The notes beneath the pieces were generated by a model, which worked only from the letters and a program-made list of their open reading frames with translations, ran no database searches and was not told the origin of the DNA. Both the position numbers and the translations under genes were made by a program. Source: a virus. From it: 21,881 nt of DNA. The stretch's first letter is position 1; each line of letters starts with the position of its first letter. The stretch is from positions 1 to 21,881 of IMG/VR virus record IMGVR_UViG_3300048929_000179; one strand, written 5' to 3'. This document shows positions 17,291 to 21,881 of this stretch, one piece after another.

Positions 17291-18444
17291 TATGTTAATA
17301 CTTGCATTAATATCTCGGTCATGATGAGAATGACATTCTGGACACTTCCATTCCCTAACAGAAAGATTTTTTGTATCCTTATTAACATATCCACATACAT
17401 TACAAGTCTGACTTGAAGCAAAGAACTTACCTACTTTAATAACTTCACGACCATACCAATTAGCTTTATATTCTAACTGTCTTACAAATTCAGACCATGA
17501 AACGTCGGCAATAGACTGAGCGAGTTTGTGATTTTTAATCATGCTTTTAACTTGCAAATCCTCAATACAAATTACATCATTGTTTTTAACCAATTCCGTA
17601 GATAATTTCTGCAAGAAATCTTTCCTCTGATTCGCAATGTGTCCTTGAAGCCTAGCTACGTGAATTCTTGCTTTATTTCTATTAGAACTACCTTTTGTTT
17701 TTCGAGATAATTCCTTTTGAAGTTTTGCAAGTTTCTTTAATGATTTTTTCATATATTTGGGGTTTGATATCATTTCTCCGTCAGAAGTTATGCAAAATTC
17801 TTTAATGCCCAAATCAATTCCTATTGAATTTCCAGTTAGTTTACGCTTGGACATTTCAACATCTGTACAACACAGTGAAACATAATACTTTCCAGATGGT
17901 TCTTGCGAAATAGTAGCATTGAGTATTCTTCCTTGCGGAATCAGTTTATTTTTAGTTTTAACCATTCCAAGTTTTGGAAGTTTGATGTATTTGTCATTAT
18001 ATGAAATGTTGTCATTTACATATTTTGACTTATAAGAAAATCTATGAGTTTTCCTACTCTTGAATTTTGGAAATCCGCTGTGCTCTTTAAAAAACTTCAG
18101 ATAAGCGCAATCTAAATCTTTAAGAGAAGATTGGAGAGCAGTAGAATCAACTTCTTTGAGCCATTCTAATTCAGTTTTTAATTTCTTCATGTCGTTTGCA
18201 CATTGCACATAGGAAAATGTTTCTTTACTGTTTTGGTACATTTCAATTCGTTTAGCCAGATATTTATTATATACAAATCTGCAACAACCAAATGTTTTTG
18301 AAATGATTTCTTGCTGTTTTCTATTTGGATATATGCGGTATTTATAAGCTTTTTCCACGCACTCACCTCCTTTTCTGATTTTTATATCTACATATGTAAC
18401 AGATTCATCTCACGAATAAATTCGAAAGTGTTCTGGGTTTAAGC
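17153..18444 (-). mobile_element. Non-autonomous IS200/IS605-family (IS1341-type, tnpB-only) element
   Basis: Left end after TTTAT: GCTTAAACCCAG-AACA-CTTTCGAAT-TT-ATTCGTGAG. Right end GAAT-CTCGTCACT-TT-AGTGATGAG-AGGTTCAA. ISDra2-like end layout; no tnpA. Confidence 0.88.
17258..18358 (-). CDS. tnpB: RNA-guided endonuclease TnpB
   Basis: [12 protein letters not shown]; RuvC-I GIDLG, RuvC-II IEDL and RuvC-III DRDINA all keep their acidic residues; zinc finger CNVC/CPEC; AAGGAGG RBS, GTG start. Confidence 0.96.
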   Translation of the reverse strand: MEKAYKYRIYPNRKQQEIISKTFGCCRFVYNKYLAKRIEMYQNSKETFSYVQCANDMKKLKTELEWLKEVDSTALQSSLKDLDCAYLKFFKEHSGFPKFKSRKTHRFSYKSKYVNDNISYNDKYIKLPKLGMVKTKNKLIPQGRILNATISQEPSGKYYVSLCCTDVEMSKRKLTGNSIGIDLGIKEFCITSDGEMISNPKYMKKSLKKLAKLQKELSRKTKGSSNRNKARIHVARLQGHIANQRKDFLQKLSTELVKNNDVICIEDLQVKSMIKNHKLAQSIADVSWSEFVRQLEYKANWYGREVIKVGKFFASSQTCNVCGYVNKDTKNLSVREWKCPECHSHHDRDINASINILNEGLRPLSA

Positions 18445-18474
18445 ATAAAAATACACCCACACGAAAGAGGGTGT
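18445..18474 (-). terminator. Intrinsic terminator whose U-tract supplies the IS target motif TTTAT
   Basis: Minus strand ACACCCTC-TTTCGT-GTGGGTGT-ATTTTTAT. Confidence 0.65.
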
Positions 18475-18487
18475 TAGTCAATCTATT

Positions 18488-18901
18488 TTAAGAGACGTTA
18501 AGCCCTTGTTTTCTGAGTTCTAACATGTAAATATTCCTTGCGTTTTCATAGCAATATTTTAAAAAATCTTCCCAATAATAACCCTCTCGAAATATGAGTT
18601 CATTACCGTGAAATCCTCTTGCTGCGAGTTTAGCCACATAATCACCCGTAGCATCTTCATAATTCATTGAATCTGTATCTACGAATACTTCTGCAATTGC
18701 ACTTGAAAGCATTTGAAATTTTGGACTGTCTAGAAATTGATACGAACGCTCGTAAACCCTTGGGGAATAGAGATCATAAAAATCTTCTTCGATATATTCT
18801 ACTAATTTTCTTGTAAGTATATTAGCCGTGTTTCTCAAAGCAATAGACATGCATTTTTTAATATATTTTTCAAGTTCAGCCGTACTATTAAAACTTGGCA
18901 T
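18488..18901 (-). CDS. Putative tail-completion (HK97 gp10-like) protein
   Basis: F.S..ELEKYI...VY/LY.P..Y.R pattern common just upstream of SPbeta-like tape measures. Start moved to ATG 18901 (AAAGGAG RBS). Confidence 0.55.
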   Translation of the reverse strand: MPSFNSTAELEKYIKKCMSIALRNTANILTRKLVEYIEEDFYDLYSPRVYERSYQFLDSPKFQMLSSAIAEVFVDTDSMNYEDATGDYVAKLAARGFHGNELIFREGYYWEDFLKYCYENARNIYMLELRKQGLNVS

Positions 18902-18920
18902 GACACACTCCTTTCTAATC

Positions 18921-18968
18921 AAAAATAGAGCAGGAGAGTAGCAAAATATCACCACTCAACCGCTCTAT
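18921..18968 (-). terminator. Intrinsic terminator-like hairpin
   Basis: Minus strand ATAGAGCGG..GAGTGG...CTACTC..CTGCTCTAT-TTTT. Confidence 0.6.
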
Positions 18969-19005
18969 GTCAAAGACACATTTTACTGGGATTTATATGT
19001 TGTTT

Positions 19006-19665
19006 TTAGTATTGATTCCTTATGTAATTCACTTTGTCAATAAGCCTTACTAAATTATTAACTGCAATAATATCGCTTTTATCTACCTCACATAAATCAT
19101 AAACTAATATCTCAAGTATTTGCGTAAGATTGTTTTCAATGGTTGTTTTGTTTTTGATTTTCTTGTCATCTAAAACACTTTTCTCTACAAACGCAAAGAA
19201 TTGAACCATATTCATAAATTCTTTTTCATTAGATTCAACATCTAATACTAGTTTTCCGTTTGATGATACTTGATTAAACTTAAATTTATTCAAATCAACA
19301 TTAAGTCCTCTATCAAGAGAAACTTTGTTGGATTTTACATATTCATTTGCTTTTAAAATTCCACAGTTAATAATTACTCCGTTTGGGTATCCTTTGTAAA
19401 TCGGAATTGTGAAATCACTATTCTTTTCCAGTTCATCAACTATGCCCATTCCAATACCTCGACAATCTACAATTATCATGGAATAATCAGAGTCTTCACA
19501 TAACTCAGCGATTACATCCGCCACATCTTTGGCGTTCAACCCAGGAATTTCTTTCCAATCCTCAAGTCTTACATTGCCAATTTTATCTCTAAAAACATCT
19601 ACATCGTAGAATCCTATATCAGCCGTATCTCTGCTCGCACATACGCACATAATATTTTTATTCAT
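19006..19665 (-). CDS. Stand-alone protein resembling a terminase large-subunit nuclease (RNase H-like) domain
   Basis: IIVDCRGIGMGIVDEL resembles the TerL C-terminal iviD..G.G.gv.D.L motif; no Walker A/B; AAAGGAG RBS. Confidence 0.5.
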   Translation of the reverse strand: MNKNIMCVCASRDTADIGFYDVDVFRDKIGNVRLEDWKEIPGLNAKDVADVIAELCEDSDYSMIIVDCRGIGMGIVDELEKNSDFTIPIYKGYPNGVIINCGILKANEYVKSNKVSLDRGLNVDLNKFKFNQVSSNGKLVLDVESNEKEFMNMVQFFAFVEKSVLDDKKIKNKTTIENNLTQILEILVYDLCEVDKSDIIAVNNLVRLIDKVNYIRNQY

Positions 19666-19733
19666 AATCTTGATCTCCTTTAATTTTAATAGAAGAGAGC
19701 CATATTCCAGACTCTCTTAACGATTTGTTGTAT

Positions 19734-19759
19734 AAAAATAAGCCCTATTTCAAAGGCTT
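19734..19759 (-). terminator. Intrinsic terminator
   Basis: Minus strand AAGCCTT-TGAAAT-AGGGCTT-ATTTTT; a second hairpin AAGAGAG/CTCTCTT lies at about 19693-19718. Confidence 0.6.
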
Positions 19760-19767
19760 TCAAATAC

Positions 19768-21267
19768 TCATTTTACTATAATTAAATCTATAACATAATC
19801 CGCATAGTTTCCATCTAAGTCTTCTGATGCTATTTTGACATTTGTAGATGACTTCGATACGATTGCGACACTAGCAACATCTGTGGCTCCAGAATTATTT
19901 GTAGTGGTAGCAAAAACTAAATAGTCAGAACTCATATATGCCATAATAAATCCTATAGTATAACAACCAGCAGCCGTTCTCGACACACTTGAAATATTGC
20001 CCGTCGACCTAACAATAGACCCATCTTTGTTGATTACAACCATCGCATGTATGCCAATGCTATTATTCATATTTGATTCCAAAACACCGAGTCTTGAATA
20101 TATGTTATCTACCGTTGTTTGTAGGTCATCAATGTTGGATATTTGATGATTATGAGAATAATTAACAACTGAAACATTTCCGTTTTCGTCAATGGAAATA
20201 TCTGTTCCATTTTTTATACCACCGATAGTTGTAGAAGCTATAGGCAACGTATAATTATTGGCTCCAGTAGCAACTCCCGCCAGTTTAGTTTGTTCAGCCG
20301 CAGTATAACTAGCAGTTGTATTATCCAATGTGGCTTTGTTGTTATGGGCATGGCTATTCATATAAGCAGAACCCCAGTTACTTTTTTCGGTTTCAGTAAC
20401 ATGTAATACCAAATCAGACATGTGTGATATTAACGATGATATTGCCTTGGCTATTTTTCCAAAAGACGTTGTTATTATTTCTCCGCTAATCAAATTTGAG
20501 TTACTTAACGCCATTGTAAATGTTGGAGTTTGATTATTTGTGGTCACATTAGGAACATTCTCTAGGCCAATGTCTGCCTTAGTCGTGTTATGTGGGTTTG
20601 ATCCTGTTGGGTGAGCGTAGACAGTTTTTTCAATGCTATCAACAATAATATTACCATTAGACGATGATACCTCAACTTTATTAGCTCCAGATGAAATCCC
20701 TTGTAATTTTGTTATCTCTGTATCTAGCAACAAAGATTTATTATTTATTTTATCTACTTTATTGTCTAATTCTGAGCTTATTTTATTAGCAGACCACAAT
20801 GAGTTGTCTGTTATTAATCCGATTTTTGTGTCATCTACGTGAAGTCCACCCACTGAATCTAAATCTGCATTACTTATAAATTCAGACAATACTTTTGGTG
20901 ACCATAGTCTAATTTCATTTGTATTGACAGAATCCCCATTTTCACTAGGCGAATATCTTGGAGTAGATGTAAAATCAGATCTTATCCACTCTGTGCCGTT
21001 ATATGCGTATATGCCTTTTAGCCTTGTAGATTTAATTACGTTCCACCATTGATTATTTATACTTGTAGTTATTTCTGCTATTTGACCTAATTGTGGGTTT
21101 TCGACTAATAGCAAATCATTGTATGTATCACATTTGTAATCTATTGTAATAGAGTTATTGTCTAAATCAATTCCCATATTATTAATAAACCACTTCTTAC
21201 ACTCCTCTTGAGTTGATTTATTGTATTTTCTAATCAATCCAACTATTTCGCCTAATTCTGCTGACAT
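19768..21267 (-). CDS. Fibre-like virion protein (head/neck/tail fibre)
   Basis: Fibre repeats LWSANKI, KVDK...KL.GI..GAN, NPHNTTKADIGLENV.N, HAHNNKATLD, YTLP.AS...GGIK and C-terminal ISSVSRTAAGCYTIGF. ATG 21267 fits the GAGGGTG RBS. Confidence 0.72.
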   Translation of the reverse strand: MSAELGEIVGLIRKYNKSTQEECKKWFINNMGIDLDNNSITIDYKCDTYNDLLLVENPQLGQIAEITTSINNQWWNVIKSTRLKGIYAYNGTEWIRSDFTSTPRYSPSENGDSVNTNEIRLWSPKVLSEFISNADLDSVGGLHVDDTKIGLITDNSLWSANKISSELDNKVDKINNKSLLLDTEITKLQGISSGANKVEVSSSNGNIIVDSIEKTVYAHPTGSNPHNTTKADIGLENVPNVTTNNQTPTFTMALSNSNLISGEIITTSFGKIAKAISSLISHMSDLVLHVTETEKSNWGSAYMNSHAHNNKATLDNTTASYTAAEQTKLAGVATGANNYTLPIASTTIGGIKNGTDISIDENGNVSVVNYSHNHQISNIDDLQTTVDNIYSRLGVLESNMNNSIGIHAMVVINKDGSIVRSTGNISSVSRTAAGCYTIGFIMAYMSSDYLVFATTTNNSGATDVASVAIVSKSSTNVKIASEDLDGNYADYVIDLIIVK

Positions 21268-21282
21268 TAAATTCACCCTCTA

Positions 21283-21600
21283 TTACCTTATTTGTATTGT
21301 CACTAGAGCAGATATTCCACTTTCTTTAATCTTAAATGTCTTAATGGGAGAGAAACCTCCAGTAGTATAAAAATCTGGGGCAGACTGTTCATATCCATTG
21401 ACGATAACTGTACATTCGGTATCTGGTAAAATAGTAATTTTCATATTCGTTGGACTCGCCCAACTTCGTATTATTTCAGATGTATAATTATATTTTGATA
21501 AAAGTTCCGATGCGATTTGCGGTTCTGATAAAATATCAAAATTAATACTAGTTGATGTTATCTTTTTTTGAATCGGTGCACTTGTAATTGTTTCTGCCAT
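21283..21600 (-). CDS. Hypothetical beta-rich phage protein
   Basis: AAGGAGG RBS; adjacent to and co-oriented with the fibre gene. Confidence 0.7.
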   Translation of the reverse strand: MAETITSAPIQKKITSTSINFDILSEPQIASELLSKYNYTSEIIRSWASPTNMKITILPDTECTVIVNGYEQSAPDFYTTGGFSPIKTFKIKESGISALVTIQIR

Positions 21601-21643
21601 TTTGTTTTCCTCCTTTTTTTATTCTTGTATGCCATTCTTTGCA

Positions 21644-21680
21644 TAAAAATAGCACCCATACCTTTTACAGCATGAGTGCT
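21644..21680 (-). terminator. Intrinsic terminator
   Basis: Minus strand AGCACTCATGC...GTATGGGTGCT-ATTTTT. Confidence 0.7.
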
Positions 21681-21684
21681 TGAT

Positions 21685-21849
21685 CTATTCGTTTATGTAC
21701 ATGGGATAAATCTCCCATTTTGCCTTTGGATATTTCCGCACATTATCCCAAAAGGTTTTATGAATCTCTTCTTCACCTAGGTTCTTATCAATATGGATAA
21801 CTTTGCCCCCAGTAACACATATTTCTTCACATATCATGTTAAAATACAT
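21685..21849 (-). CDS. Small hypothetical protein
   Basis: GAGGGG RBS favours ATG 21849 (MYFNMICEE...); followed by a terminator. Confidence 0.6.
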   Translation of the reverse strand: MYFNMICEEICVTGGKVIHIDKNLGEEEIHKTFWDNVRKYPKAKWEIYPMYINE

Positions 21850-21881
21850 TGTACACCCCTCACCATTCATCTTTGCAGCTT

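Larger units (their letters stand above)
1..21881 (-). mobile_element. Tail module of a large SPbeta-like prophage/siphophage (ends outside window)
   Basis: Co-oriented tape measure, Dit, Tal, BppU-like and fibre genes plus an antirepressor; no host housekeeping genes in the window. Confidence 0.92.

Noticed and set aside
17258-18358. Nuclease-dead TldR or Cas12f
   Set aside because: The catalytic D/E/D residues are intact, both IS ends are present, and there is no CRISPR array or cas gene.
18387-18398. Palindrome TACATATGTA in the tnpB leader
   Set aside because: Short and AT-rich, with no supporting context.
1-21881. CRISPR array, diversity-generating retroelement, invertible fibre cassette, tRNA or att site
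   Set aside because: No repeat-spacer array, reverse transcriptase, recombinase, template/variable repeat pair or cloverleaf seen by eye.

Overview
The window is the tail/baseplate module of a large SPbeta-like temperate siphophage from a low-GC Firmicute, probably Clostridia/Lachnospiraceae judging by the WxxxxxGWWY cell-wall repeats. It reads almost entirely on the minus strand: fibre-like gene, stand-alone terminase-nuclease-like gene, gp10-like gene, tnpB-only IS200/IS605 element, tape measure, Dit, Tal, a ~5.5 kb accessory island, BppU-like gene, fibre gene. The island holds most of the unusual signal. (i) A PemK/MazF-fold RNase gene with no obvious antitoxin is followed by a ~180-nt highly structured ncRNA with its own perfect TTGACA-17-TATAAT promoter and terminator. 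Its RBS and start codon are covered by an inverted repeat whose loop holds a LexA-type box. This is a candidate RNA-antitoxin (type III-like) defence/TA system. (ii) An RHH gene, antisense sRNA and antirepressor form a cassette resembling P22 immI (arc-sar-ant). (iii) There are a secreted cell-wall-binding moron, a membrane moron and a RepL-like gene. The TnpB looks catalytically intact, and its predicted guide is the tape-measure RBS region. All calls come from motif recognition by eye; no searches were run.
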